The notes: a model not told the origin generated them from the sequence alone. 63,444 bases of DNA, filler included, from Reclinomonas americana ATCC 50394 (GCA_048213135.1; 21 parts of 21 records of this genome joined end to end with filler, not necessarily neighbours in it); one strand, 5' to 3'; shown: positions 30,120 through 42,174, counted from the first letter of the whole stretch. Translations and numbers: made by a program.

Positions 30120-31079
30120 ATGAACTTCGCCTCGCGACAGGACCACGGCATCATCGTCGCAGTGGGGGATGCCGCCGGGCCGATCGTGGTCCTCGGCGAG
30201 CCCCTGAGCTTCTGGGGCGGCGTCGATCCGTCTTCCGGGATGGTGATCGATGTGCATCATCCCTTGCACGGTGCCTCGCTCGCCGGCGCGATCGTGCTGA
30301 TGCCGACCAGCCGCGGCTCCTGCTCCGGCTCCGGCGTGCTACTGGAGCTTGCCCTCTCGGGCCGAAATCCCGCCGCTTTGGTCTTTTCCGGCCCCGAGGA
30401 TACGTTGACGCTCGGGGCGATCGTCGCCTCCGAGATGTTCGGTCGCCGCATCCCGGTGATCCGCNNNNNNNNNNNNNNNNNNNNNNNNNNNNNNNNNNNN
30501 NNNNNNNNTTAATTAATTAANNNNNNNNNNNNNNNNNNNNNNNNNNNNNNNNNNNNNNNNNNNNCGATGCTGCATATCGAGGGGATCACGCCTGAGGCGG
30601 ATAGCCTCGGCGGCAGCCCGGAGGACGAAGTCGTCGTCACCCGCGAAGACCTTGTCGCTGGCTGGCGCAAGCTGGGCGATGGACCGGCCGGCGTCGATCT
30701 CGTCGCCATCGGCAGTCCGCACGCCTCGCTCGGCGAATGCCGGGCGTTCGCCGAGCGGCTCGACGGCCGTCCCGTCACGGCGAGCCTCTCCGTCATCATA
30801 ACGGCAGGCCGGGATGTGATCGCTGCGGCGCAGGCTGACGGCACGCTGGGAAAACTCCGTCGAAGCGGCGTCGCGCTCATCCCCGATCTCTGCTGGTGCT
30901 CGATCACCCGCCCGGTCTTTCCGGAGCAGGCCAAGGTCGTCCTGACCAATTCCGGCAAATACGCCCATTACGGGCCGGGGCTTTCCGGCTGTGTCGTGAG
31001 GTTGGGGACGCTCGACGATTGCGTCGAGGCGGCCCTGACGGGGGCCGCTCCTGCAAGGCTTCCCGCCTGGCTCGCCTGA
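30120..31079 (+). CDS. Fused aconitase X (DUF126 + DUF521), interrupted by assembly gap (30465-30564)
   Basis: [22 protein letters not shown]; after gap [30 protein letters not shown]. Confidence 0.88.
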
Positions 31080-31133
31080 GGCCCGGAATCGGGAGCGCGT
31101 CGCCGCGTCCGCCTCCGGGCCCTGGTCAGCGCA

Positions 31134-32771
31134 TCAGCCCCACGACCATTCGTGGACGTTCCAGGCAGCGTCGACGACATACTGGTTGGGCTTGATGCCC
31201 TGCAGCGACTTGTGGGCGATCTGGCCCTGGAAGACACCGCCCTGCGGACCGAACGGCACCTCCTCCAGCAGGATCTCCTGGATGCGGGCATAGGTCTTCT
31301 TGCGTTCGGCCTGGTCGGTCTGCTTCACGCCGTCCTCGAGCAGCCGGTCGACCTCGGCGTTCTCGTACTGGGTGTAGTTCGAGCCGCTGCCGGTCTTCAC
31401 CGGGATCATCTTGGAATGGGCCCTTGCGGTGTAGTCGGGGTCCATGCCGACGGTCGGCTCCCAGGAGACCAGCAGCGTGTCGAACTGCGACTTGGTGGTG
31501 TACTCGCCCCAGACCACCGAGGCCGGCATGTTCTTGATCTCCATCTCGACGCCGATCGCCTTCCAGTTCTGCTGGAAGATCGCCTGCGTCGCCTGGCGCG
31601 CCGGGAAACCGGCCGTCGTCGACATCGAGAACTTCATCTTGACGCCGTCCTTCTCGCGGACGCCGTCGGCGCCGACCTTCCAGCCGGCCTCGTCGAGCAT
31701 CTTGGCCGCGAGCTGCGGATTGGGGCCGGTGTCCTTGAGGTCGTGGTTGTAGGCCCAGTGGCTGGTGTGCAGGTAGGAGAGCGTGCGCTTGTAGGCGCCG
31801 AAGAAGACGTCATCGATCGTCTTCTGCATTTCGAGCGCGATGTAGAGCGCGCGCCGCACCTTCGGGTCCTTGAACTGCGGCTTGCCGCAATTGAAGTAGA
31901 CGAACTGCACCCAGGGCTGCGCGAGCGGGAAGAAGGTCCGGTCCGGCAGCTTGGCCGCCTCGCCCCAGCGGTCGAAGGGCACGCCGGAGACGCCGAGATA
32001 GTCGATCTCGCCCGTCCTCGCTTGGCCATAGGCCACGAGCTGGTCGGGCACGAACTTATGGATGAACTGTTTGATCTTGGCGGCGCCGCGATGATAGTTC
32101 GGGTTGGCCTCGTAGACCATGTGGCTGCCGGCCGTGCGCGACTTCAAGAGATAGGGACCGGTGCCGACCGGCTGGGCGTTGAAGCCCGAGGTGTTGATGT
32201 TCTCCTCCTTGGAGAGCAGGTGGTGCGGCACGATGTGCATGTTCTGCCAGGCCCACATGAAGGGCACGAAGGGGCGCGACAGCGCGATCTCGACGGTGTG
32301 GTCGTCGACCCGCTTGAAGCTCTCGATCAGGTCGAAGCCGCTGCGCGAGCGCACCGCGACCTTGGGATTGACGATGGTCTGGTAGGTGAACTCGACGTCG
32401 CGGGCGGTGAAGGGCTGGCCGTCGCTCCATTTCACGTCGCGCTTCAGGTTGATGCGCCAGGTCTTGCCGTCGGCGGAGATGTCGCCGTTCTCGCGGGTCG
32501 GGATGCGCGCCGCGAGGTTCGCGATGAACTCGCCCTTCTCGTTGACGTCCCAGAGCGCATCGAACAGGCAGGCTTCGGGAATATTCTCGGCGCCGGCATT
32601 GACGTAAAGGAGCGGGTTGAACTGCACCGGTTCCTGGGTGGTGCCGAGGATGATGCGGTCGCGGCGCTGGGCGATCGCCGGGCTGAAGATCGCGCCGGTC
32701 GGCAGGATCAGGCTCGATGCCGCAGCGGTCTTGAGCAGCGAGCGCCGGGTCGGTGACGATGTCGTGGACAT
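31134..32771 (-). CDS. Peptide/nickel ABC substrate-binding protein (family 5), Tat signal
   Basis: TRRSLLK, KWSDGQPFTARDV, PVGTGPY, DPKVRRAL. Confidence 0.92.
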   Translation of the reverse strand: MSTTSSPTRRSLLKTAAASSLILPTGAIFSPAIAQRRDRIILGTTQEPVQFNPLLYVNAGAENIPEACLFDALWDVNEKGEFIANLAARIPTRENGDISADGKTWRINLKRDVKWSDGQPFTARDVEFTYQTIVNPKVAVRSRSGFDLIESFKRVDDHTVEIALSRPFVPFMWAWQNMHIVPHHLLSKEENINTSGFNAQPVGTGPYLLKSRTAGSHMVYEANPNYHRGAAKIKQFIHKFVPDQLVAYGQARTGEIDYLGVSGVPFDRWGEAAKLPDRTFFPLAQPWVQFVYFNCGKPQFKDPKVRRALYIALEMQKTIDDVFFGAYKRTLSYLHTSHWAYNHDLKDTGPNPQLAAKMLDEAGWKVGADGVREKDGVKMKFSMSTTAGFPARQATQAIFQQNWKAIGVEMEIKNMPASVVWGEYTTKSQFDTLLVSWEPTVGMDPDYTARAHSKMIPVKTGSGSNYTQYENAEVDRLLEDGVKQTDQAERKKTYARIQEILLEEVPFGPQGGVFQGQIAHKSLQGIKPNQYVVDAAWNVHEWSWG

Positions 32772-32803
32772 GCTGGTCTCCCCTCTTGGTTGTTGGCTTT
32801 GGA

Positions 32804-33708
32804 CTACGGATCGATCTTCAGCCTGGCGTCGACGGCGTCCCGCAGGCCGTCGCCCAGGAAGTTGAAGCCCATCACGGTGAAGGTGATCAGGATGCCCGGC
32901 AGGATCGCCAGGAAGGGCACGGTGTCGAAATAGCCCTGGGCATTGGTCAGCATGTTGCCCCAGCTCGCCATTGGCGCTGCACGCCGTAGCCGAGGAAGCT
33001 GATATAGGATTCCATCAGCACCGCGGTCGCGACCTTGAGCGTCGCCGCGTACCAGCACGGGCGCGGCGATGTTCGGCAAGAGTTCGACCAGCATGATCGC
33101 CAGTTCGAGGCGCCGAAGCCGCGCGAGGCCTGGACGAAGTCCATCTCCTTCAGCGTCGAGACCTGGGCCCGCACGATGCGCGAGACCTCCATCCAGGAGG
33201 TCAGGCCGATGATCAGCGAGATCGACAGGATGGTCGGCGGCACGAAGGCCGCGACGACCAGCAGCAGGAAGACCTGCGGGAAGCACAAAAGCGTGTCGAC
33301 GAAGCGCATCAAGAGGTTGTCGACGATGCCGCCATAGTAGCCGGCGGCGAGCCCGACCAGCGTGCCGGTCAGCATGGTCGTCAGCATCGCGACGATGCCG
33401 ACCATCAGCGAGACCTGGCCGCCATAGAGCAGCCTGCTCAGCGTATCGCGGCCGAGATCGTCGGTGCCGAGCGGATAAGTCCAGGAGGCGAGGGGCGGCA
33501 GGAAGCGCTTGGCCGTGTCGATCGTCGTCGGGTCGTGCGGCGCGACGAACTGCGCGAACAGGGCCGACGAGCAGAGCAGCACCACCAGCACCGCGCCGGC
33601 GACCGCCATGCGATGGCTCATGAAGCGCCGCACGATCATCTGACCGTAGGAGCGGCTCGGCGCAGCGGCGGATACGGAGGTGGAGGCTGGGATGTCGGTC
33701 ATGGCCAT
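32804..33708 (-). CDS. Peptide ABC permease (OppC/DppC-like) with about three small indels (errors or pseudogene)
   Basis: LGTDDLGRD...SFLGYG and SWGNML...NFLGDGLRDA lie in alternating frames; shifts near 33100, 33050 and 32975. Confidence 0.85.
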
Positions 33709-33712
33709 GCCC

Positions 33713-34567
33713 TCACCCCAGCTTCACGCGCGGATCGATCAGCGCGATGGCGATGTCCGCGATCAGGTTGCCGACCACGACGAAGAGCGCCGTGAACATG
33801 ATCATCCCCATCAGGATCGGGTATTCCTTCATGTTGAGCGCATCGACGAAGAGGCGCCCCATGCCGGGCCAGCTGAAGATCGTCTCGGCGACGAGCGCGC
33901 CCGAGAAGAGCGTCGGCAGCTGCACGCCGAACAGGGCGACCAGCGGGATCACCGCATTGCGGAAGGCGTGGCCGAACAGCACGGCGCGAGTGCTTAAGCC
34001 CTTCGAGCGGGCGGTGCGGATATAGTCCTGCTGGATCACGTCGAGGAAGCTGGAGCGGGCATAGCGGCTCCAGGTCGCGACCAGAACGAGGGTCAGCACC
34101 ATCGTCGGCAGGACGAGATGGCGCAGCAGGTCCCAGGGATTGCCCTCCTCGCCGAGCTCGTACATGCCTCCGGAGGGCAGCCAGCCGAGCTGGATCGCGA
34201 AGATCCAGATCGCCATCAGACCGAACCAGAAGGTCGGAAAGGACAGGGCCAGCATCGCGCCGGTTGTGGCGAGATAGTCGAAGATCGAATGGCGCCGGAT
34301 CGCGCCGAGCATGCCGATCGCCGTGCCGATCAGCATGGCGAGCGCCATCGAGGTGCCCATCAGGACCATCGTCGCCGGCAGGCGCTCGACGATCACCTCC
34401 AGCACCGGCCGCCCCCCGAAGAAGGTGAAGCCCCAGGTCCCGGTCAGCATTGCCTTGGCCCAGGTCAGGTACTGGACATGGATGGGCTGATCGAGGCCGA
34501 GCGCGACTTTGATGCGCTCGATGTCGGTGACGGTGATGGTCGGGTTCAGCGTGTAGACCGCCAGCGG
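33713..34567 (-). CDS. Peptide ABC permease (OppB/DppB-like), 5' truncated
   Basis: LGLDQP, YIRTARSKGL, HAFRNA, ETIFSWPGMG, IDPRV. Confidence 0.92.
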   Translation of the reverse strand, partial: PLAVYTLNPTITVTDIERIKVALGLDQPIHVQYLTWAKAMLTGTWGFTFFGGRPVLEVIVERLPATMVLMGTSMALAMLIGTAIGMLGAIRRHSIFDYLATTGAMLALSFPTFWFGLMAIWIFAIQLGWLPSGGMYELGEEGNPWDLLRHLVLPTMVLTLVLVATWSRYARSSFLDVIQQDYIRTARSKGLSTRAVLFGHAFRNAVIPLVALFGVQLPTLFSGALVAETIFSWPGMGRLFVDALNMKEYPILMGMIMFTALFVVVGNLIADIAIALIDPRVKLG

Positions 34568-34671
34568 NNNNNNNNNNNNNNNNNNNNNNNNNNNNNNNNN
34601 NNNNNNNNNNNTTAATTAATTAANNNNNNNNNNNNNNNNNNNNNNNNNNNNNNNNNNNNNNNNNNNNGCGC

Positions 34672-35478
34672 TTAATGCCCCGGCAGGACGATGGTCGTCG
34701 GCTTGGCCGGGAGCGTCGCCTTCGACAGCACGATCTCTGGCCGCTCGCGCCGTTCGACCGGCCAGAGATCCTGAGAGCGTGACAGGAAACGGTTGAGGGT
34801 GCCGCCGCCGAAGAAGTGCATCGGGATCATCACCCTGGCCTGCACGGCTTTCAGCACCTCCAGCATGCCCTCCTGGTCGAGCGTATAGCTGCCATCGACC
34901 GGGAAGAGCACGATGTCGACCCGGCCGAGCGCGCGCAAATGGCCGGGCTCGAGCGGGTGATGGAGATGGCCGAGATGGGCGATGCAGAGCTCGCCGATCT
35001 CGAAGACGAACATCGAGTTGCCGTCATAGTCGGTATCGCCGCCATAGCTGCGGATATTGGTCGGGACATTGCGCACGCGCATGTCGCCGAGGGTGACGTC
35101 GTGATGGGCGGCGCCCTTGCCGGAGGGGTCCCAGCCCGGCAGCACCTGCTTGATGGCCGGATCGGGCGCGCGCGAATAATGCGTCGAATGCGCCTTGTTC
35201 ATCGTGGCGATGTCGGGCGTCACCGGCGGGCGGACATAATCGTTGTAGTCGGTCGCCGCCTTCACGCCGCCGGCCGTCTCGATCAGGAAGGTGGCATGGC
35301 CGATGAAGGTCAGTCTCACCTCGTCCCTGGCGAGGTTTACGCGCTGGATCGGCAGGCGATAGCTCGCCATTTCCGGCCGACAGCCGGGCTCGTTGGCCTG
35401 GGCGAGGGCAGGGGCGGCGAGCCCCGTCGCGAGGATGGCGGTTAGTGCAAACCGGGCCAGCATCGTCGCAACCGTCAT
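34672..35478 (-). CDS. Secreted MBL-fold metallo-hydrolase
   Basis: GHATFLIET, MNKAHSTH (variant HxHxDH), HLGHLHH, IPMH. Confidence 0.85.
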   Translation of the reverse strand: MTVATMLARFALTAILATGLAAPALAQANEPGCRPEMASYRLPIQRVNLARDEVRLTFIGHATFLIETAGGVKAATDYNDYVRPPVTPDIATMNKAHSTHYSRAPDPAIKQVLPGWDPSGKGAAHHDVTLGDMRVRNVPTNIRSYGGDTDYDGNSMFVFEIGELCIAHLGHLHHPLEPGHLRALGRVDIVLFPVDGSYTLDQEGMLEVLKAVQARVMIPMHFFGGGTLNRFLSRSQDLWPVERRERPEIVLSKATLPAKPTTIVLPGH

Positions 35479-35562
35479 CGTCGGCTCCCGGAGCAATTGT
35501 TGCACCGGGAGCTTCCCGCAAAAGCCGGACCACGAAAAGCCGGCTGGCGGGTTTGTGAAGGG

Positions 35563-36759
35563 TCAGCCCTTGCTGATCCGCACGATCGCGTCGGCGCGCT
35601 TCTCCAGCCCCGGTAGCAGTTCGAGGCCAAGGCCCGGCGCTTCCGAGACCGTGATTATGCCGTCCTTCATCGCCGGGAGATCGGTGACGAGCTCGGTGTA
35701 CCAGCCGGTGTAGAAGGCGCGCACCGATTCCTGGATCAGCGCGTTGCGGGCGTGCAGCGAGAAATGGCAGGACGCCGCGTAGACCACCGGCCCGGTGCAG
35801 TCATGCGGCGCGACCGGGGTGTGCCAGGCCTCGGCCATGCCGGCGATCTTGCGTGCTTCCGAGAGGCCGCCGCACCAGGACAGATCGAGCATCACCACGC
35901 CGGCCGCCTTGGTCTCGAGATAGTCGCGGAAGGAGTGGGTGTAGGCCAGCGTCTCGGAGGCGCAGACCCAGGCCTTGGAATGGCGGGCGTATTCGCCGAG
36001 GTCCTGGACGTTGTCGAGGCGGAACGGGTCCTCGTGCCAGTAGGTGTCGAACTCGGCGAGGCGCTCGGCCAACTTCTTCGCCATGGGCAGGCTCCAGAGC
36101 GAGTGGAACTCGACCATGATATCCATCTTGTCGCCGACCGCCTTCCTGATCTTGCGGAAGGGCTCCAGCGCCGTGTTTAGCTCCTGCGGGCTGATGTCCC
36201 AGCCGGCGGTGCGCTCGGCGGCGATGTCGAAGGGCCAGATCTTCATGCCGGTGATGCCCTGCTCCAGCAGGGAATGCGCCAATTCGTCGGCCCGATAGAG
36301 GAAGCCTTCGAGGTCCTCATAGGGGCCGCCCTGCTCGCCGACATGCCAGTTCGCGACCTTCTGGGCGCGGGCGTCGCGGATGTATTTGTAGCCCGCGCAG
36401 GTGTTGTAGGTGCGGATGGTGTCGCGGGAGCGACCGCCGAGCGCGATCGAGACCGGCTGGCCGATCGCCTTGCCGTAGATGTCCCAGAGCGCGAGGTCGA
36501 CCGCCGAGTTGCCGCGCGTCTCGACGCCCGAGCCGCGCCAGCCGAGATAGTTGTTGAGGCTGGCGTTGCGAGCCTCGATCTGCAGCGGGTCCTGGCCGAT
36601 CAGCTTGGGCGCGACGCTCTCGTGCAGATAGGCCTCGACAGCGGCCGCGCCCATGAAGGTCTCGCCGAGGCCGACGAGCCCGTCATCGGTGTGCAGGCGC
36701 ACCCAGACGAGATTGCCGAACTCGGCGAGGCGGATGGTTTCGAGGGCGGTGATCTTCAT
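35563..36759 (-). CDS. Mandelate racemase/galactonate dehydratase-like enolase superfamily protein
   Basis: GLGET, SAVDLALWD, MKIWPF, VEFH / HEDP / SET, PHDC, APGLG. Confidence 0.9.
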   Translation of the reverse strand: MKITALETIRLAEFGNLVWVRLHTDDGLVGLGETFMGAAAVEAYLHESVAPKLIGQDPLQIEARNASLNNYLGWRGSGVETRGNSAVDLALWDIYGKAIGQPVSIALGGRSRDTIRTYNTCAGYKYIRDARAQKVANWHVGEQGGPYEDLEGFLYRADELAHSLLEQGITGMKIWPFDIAAERTAGWDISPQELNTALEPFRKIRKAVGDKMDIMVEFHSLWSLPMAKKLAERLAEFDTYWHEDPFRLDNVQDLGEYARHSKAWVCASETLAYTHSFRDYLETKAAGVVMLDLSWCGGLSEARKIAGMAEAWHTPVAPHDCTGPVVYAASCHFSLHARNALIQESVRAFYTGWYTELVTDLPAMKDGIITVSEAPGLGLELLPGLEKRADAIVRISKG

Positions 36760-36906
36760 CGGTGGTCCGGGTTGGTTGGAAGAGGGGCGCGGGTCATGAG
36801 ATTCTCNNNNNNNNNNNNNNNNNNNNNNNNNNNNNNNNNNNNNNNNNNNNTTAATTAATTAANNNNNNNNNNNNNNNNNNNNNNNNNNNNNNNNNNNNNN
36901 NNNNNN

Positions 36907-38372
36907 GAAATCTGCGAATGAAGGATCACATGCGCAATTAGCATGCCGTTTGTCAGACCACTGGATGCACGCATACCAGCAGTGTGCCGGGCAGTGCGGC
37001 CAGCAGCCCTCCACCGCCATTGGCAAACCCGGAAGCATCGCCACGGTTGAAGTTGCGCGTGCCGCCGGCCGCAGTGTGCCGCACCGTGTTGCCGACAAAG
37101 TCACAGTTGGTGATCTCGGTCTACAGTCGAGCCACGTGATGATCAGTCAGCCGCCGCGATGCGTCACACGAGAGGGGAAACGGTGAACTCACCACCGACA
37201 AGTCTTGCACGGTTTGCATCAGCAGGCCACCGCCGCCACTCGCCAGCGCAGCTGTCTTGCCATCGTATCCGTCGTGGCCGCCAAGTGCCACATTCTCGAC
37301 CACATTGTTCACAAAACGCGAGTTGCTAATCGTCTGTAGAATGAAGCCATGAGATGTGACACAGACATGATCAAGCATCTGTGCGTGTGCCCTCCACCTG
37401 CGTGCTGTTTTTCGAGTCAATGGACATCCACAATGCGCCGCCACCATAGTAGGCACCCGCACAGCTGGCATCGCCGTCAGTCACATCACCTGTTGAGGAG
37501 AGTAAGCAACGAGGGCTGGGATCCACTCTCTCATCCAAACTGTCCTTCATCCTCCTTCTTACCTCCGACGCCACCATTGGCCGTGTCGGTGACCGAATTC
37601 TCCACAAACGTACAATTGTTGACAAGCTGGCGTACAGACGATCGAGTTCAATGAAACTCTGACGCAATTACCATGCGCTGACTGTGCGACTTACCATCAC
37701 AAAATTCGTCGAATAGTACACCAAAACGTACAAGGCGCCACCACCAGTGAACCCACCAACGGAGACCGCCTGACCGCCCGCATGTGCTGCGATGGCATGA
37801 AAGCAACGACCAGACTCGTCAATAACGCACTGTCGCAGGTGGACCGCGCGCGCGAAAGAGAAACGCAACAAGCGAGACCGCCATTGTTGTTGCCGACGAC
37901 ATGGTTTTGCGAAAACGTGCACCCATCAATCGTCTGCGTGGCGCTGCTTGTGGCCTGAAACCACATCGCGCCACCACCGTGGAAGCCGCCTAGTCCATTC
38001 GCACTGCCGTAGTCGCCCCCTGGCACAGTGAGGAAGGGACAAGTGAGAAGAGCATAGAAAAGCAGATGGAATGACGACGACTCGTGTTCTGTTCGAACAG
38101 CGCCGTACCTGCGCTTCCTCCACGGCCGTTGCGAAGTGACTCGTTCGCCACAAAGTCGCACCACGAAAGGACCTAAATCTCTTGCTGTGAGACGGCGCAA
38201 ATGCAATGGAGGAGTTACTCATGCGACTCTTGTGGTACCTGCCGTGAGAGAGCGCCGGCCATGGAGACCCACAGTGCACCGCCACCGCCTCCCAGAGTCG
38301 ACCGCATGCTGTCGGCTGTGCTGATGAATCCATCTGACGCGAGAGATGGAGAAGGAGAGAGGGAAAAGGAGA

Positions 38373-38406
<34 letters not shown>

Positions 38407-39415
38407 TGCTACATCAGGTGGGAGAGGGGCACAGCAATGTACACGCCCAAGATTACCGCTGACACCGCCCGTTAGGTTGTCGCTGGACTTGTTGCGCTGA
38501 AACAGGCACTGGGTAATTGTCTGTGTCATCGCTCGCCACGTGAGCAACACGCGCAACAGGAATCACGAATGTAATTCTCACCTGGTCTCCCTTCTTCACA
38601 AAATTGACAAACACGCCAGCACCCCCAGCATGCGGTGACACGGCGTTGGCACTTGCGCTGTCTTCCTCTGCACCGAGAATGAGAATCGTAACCACGCAGT
38701 CGCATTTTTTGCACGCGATTATACTCACCAGAGGTGCCTCCACTTCCGAGAGCGCGTGCCTCGTTGCTGGTAAACTCACACTGGGTGATCACCTGCAAGC
38801 CACATCACGGGGTGTTCATACACGAAATCGAGTCGCCAGCACGCAGCGCACACGACTCACCTGCACTCCATCATCCGCAAAGGCGACCCACAAACCCCCG
38901 CCACCGTGATTTCCGCCCCACGAGTCGGCACTCCCTCGCGCACCTGCCCGCACACCTGGTGAGTCTCCCCTTCCTGCGCACGCCGCGGTGATGCATACCG
39001 GCAGCCGTGCCCCCGTTACCACTGGTGGTGACCACGTTGCCTGTGAATTTGCAGTCGTTGATGTTCTGCATCTTGCATCTGTCAGCAGCGATGTATGCAC
39101 GCCCTCATCAACCCCACTTGCTCACCTGCGAGGATCGAGCACCGAACATTGAGAGAATCGCTGCACCACCACAGCCACCGCCGCGGGAGTCACGAGAGCG
39201 CATGCTTCCCGTGCCACCGTTGCACGACGAGTCAACTGTGTTTGACGTGAACGTGGAACGCGTGACCTGCACTCGCAGATGAGTCAGGCAGATAGAGTTC
39301 GTGGAGAGCACGGTGCGGCCTCCATTCTCTGGTTCGCAAACTCAAAGCACATCTTCCCTCTCTTCTCGCCTCTCTCTCTCTCCTCCTCTCTCTCCTCTCT
39401 CTCTCTCTCGCTCTC

Positions 39416-39461
<46 letters not shown>

Positions 39462-41640
39462 TTATCTTCCCTTCTCTTCCACCCAATCCCACCCTCTATC
39501 CATCTCCTTTCCTCGTCCCTTTCCTTCTTCCTCTCCCTCTGCCTTTCCTCATCCCTTCCCTTCTTCTCCCTTCCCGTCCACCAACGCACCTCGACTGCCG
39601 CCTGCACGTTCGCGGGCAAGAACGACCACACTGCCCCGCCTCCCGACAGGCTCATCTGCGCACCAAGATCGGAGAATGCATCGACGCCGATCGCATCGCC
39701 GCTGCCAGTGTTCCCGTCGCCACCATTCGCCACGCCGAAGACTGTGTTGCTGACAAACACGCCTCTGTTGATGTGCACACTCGCGCTCACCGCATCACCG
39801 GCGCCATTGTCATCGCCGCCTCCGTGCAGCCACAGAAAGCCACCTCCACACAGGTACCCGCTGTTGCCATCGCCAGTCAGAGCACTGCCACCACGACAGC
39901 TGTCGACTACACGGTTGCCGGTGACCGACACACTCTACATGAACAGGCACGCAAGACGGTGAGAGAACAAGGGAGTCTCAAATCCGCGTTGCGACCAACA
40001 ACAAACTAAACCTCAAGTGTGACAACAACGTCGGAGGACGACATTCCTCCTCCGCCGCCGCCAAGGCGCAGCCACACAGCTCCGCCACCGACATGAACAC
40101 CACCTTCGGCACGCGCAACATCGCACAGTGGCGTGCCAGAACTGCTGCACTGGAGAGCACTGCCGCTGCCGGTCACGCTGTTTCCCGACCACACTGTGCC
40201 TGATTGAGCCATCGTGTCGATGTTGAGCGCCCACAGCGCACCGCCGCCCACATTACTCGCACCACTCGGCGAGACCATGTCTCCCACCCCACACTGCTCG
40301 ACGTGGTTGTCGCTCCACACACTGTTCAAGTCCGTCAACGACGCGGGATGCGTCGTCGGCGATGCGACAATGTACATCGCGCCACCGCCGGTTTGATCGC
40401 CGGCAAGCTGCGTGGCTGAGTTGCCAGATAACACGCATCCGCTGGTGGTGACGGAGAGAGACCCTGTGGCGACACTGATAAAGACGGCACCGCCGCCAGC
40501 GTGACCGAGCGAGGAGCTTGCGTCGCCTGATCCCACCACCGAGTTGTCGACAAACGTGCAGTTTATCATGTGGAGCTGTATGTCGTCGTCCACTGCCACG
40601 ACATCTGCCGTCGCAGCCGTCGCGATCACTGACACGGCCGCCCCCGAAGCGTCCTTGCCGTGCTTGGCGTTGTCGCGCCAAGTGGAGTTCACCAGCGTCA
40701 CAGCAAGGGAGCTGCGGGAGCCGGGAGAAACACTTGTGTGGACGATGGTCAGCGCCGACAGATCGCGGTGCTCGGCAAACACCGTGTCTTCGATGTGAAC
40801 GCGCACGTCGCTGGCGATCACCAGCGCCAGACCCGCTGCCGATGACGATGTATCCAACAGCACGCCCACCGTGCCCAGGAAAGAGGAGCCAGAGATGGAG
40901 ACGACACCTCTGACGATCGTGGCCGCCACTGCCGGTGTCCACAAGACCGCAGGTAGCAAAACAGCAGGTGCGGGGTCGGAGGCACTCGCGTCGCCGGCCT
41001 TCAGCACGAGGTTGATGAGGCGAAAGTCGGCGCAGTCTTGCACGCGAATGACGGTGCGGCCGGGTGTGGTCCATAGCACCACGGCAGCCGCCGACGTGAC
41101 GCTGGCCTCCAGTGTCGTGTTGCGTCCTGTGTCGGGATGAGGAAAAAGAAGGAGAAGAAGAAGAAGGCGCCATAGTATATATATGTGCGCACCTGTCACC
41201 TCGAGGTGCCAGGAGGAGGCGGCGTACGGGGGCCCATCGTCGGCCAGCAACACATGGAGGGCCCAGTCGGGCGAGTCGCCATCGAACCCTTGTGCCGTGA
41301 CACACGACGATGGTGCATCCTGCAATGTGCATGGGTGGACATCGTCGACGCCGCACGCGTCAACAGGCGTGGAACCAGTGGAGGAGACGTGCACTGTGAG
41401 GCACACACATCAATGATCATGATCGCAGAATACGTATACCGCGTGTACGGGGCCAAATAAAAAAAGACCAAAGAAAACAGGAGGAAATGTCGCAGCGGAC
41501 ACAGCGCACTCACCAACACACAGAGTGGCTGTCGATGATAGCTGCTGCTGTGAGAGCGGAACCACTTGGAGACTCGTCAGGTACGCCGACGCACTCGGTG
41601 AGTTGGCGAGAAGCGCCACAACCACCACCAACACGTGCAT
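36907..41640 (-). CDS. Eukaryotic multi-exon secreted right-handed beta-helix protein with POMP-like GGA / FxxN repeats, 3' truncated
   Basis: Signal peptide MHVLVVVVALLANSPSASA; recurring F/W-x-x-N ... GGGA[VLM] units (FVDN/GGGAVF, WSDN/GGGALW, FVSN/GGGAVW, FTSN, FQRN/GGGALW, FVNN); GT-AG introns, e.g. 41394-41513. Confidence 0.75.
39356..39460. repeat. (CT)n/(GA)n microsatellite in intron
   Basis: Visible dinucleotide run. Confidence 0.9.
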
Positions 41641-42174
41641 CGTGATCAACACATGTACATGTACAGTGACTGCCGACTCTCGTCTCCCACATCGCCACCG
41701 CCACCACCTGCTAGTGTCAGTGCATGCACCCCTTGACCCGAGAGTGCACGGGTGCACTCGCATCACTCGTGGCACCGCCCGCTCGCCGTTGAAAACAAAG
41801 ATGAAGCAAAAATGGCAACCACTACGGACACGCCAACTCCGGGTGCACCAGGCACTCTGCCATCACTCACTGCTTGCTTGTGTTGAATGCAAACTCGGCG
41901 CACTGCTGGTGAACTGTGTTGTGCGTGCGGTAATGAGGCATGAACGTGAAGTTTCAACGCATATATGGCAATGTTCCCACTTCCACCGGCACGTTGTTTG
42001 CAACGTATTCCGTATGACATGCGGATGGAGTTGATATGCACTCGGTGTGTCTCACATAAAAGAGAGACAAGCGGCAAGACACCGATGGGAAGAAAAATGA
42101 AAGAGAGTCGAAACAACCTAAGCTTAAAGATTCATGATCACTCCAAATGTGGCAATGCGAGTCTGCACACGCTG

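Noticed and set aside
31152..32756. Long antisense ORFs (also 204-1193, 3983-5407, 5582-7162, 11812-13212, 24244-25746, 28942-29982)
   Set aside because: Shadow frames of real high-GC genes with no family motifs
36807..36906. Bacterium-to-eukaryote horizontal transfer junction
   Set aside because: The junction is an artificial linker
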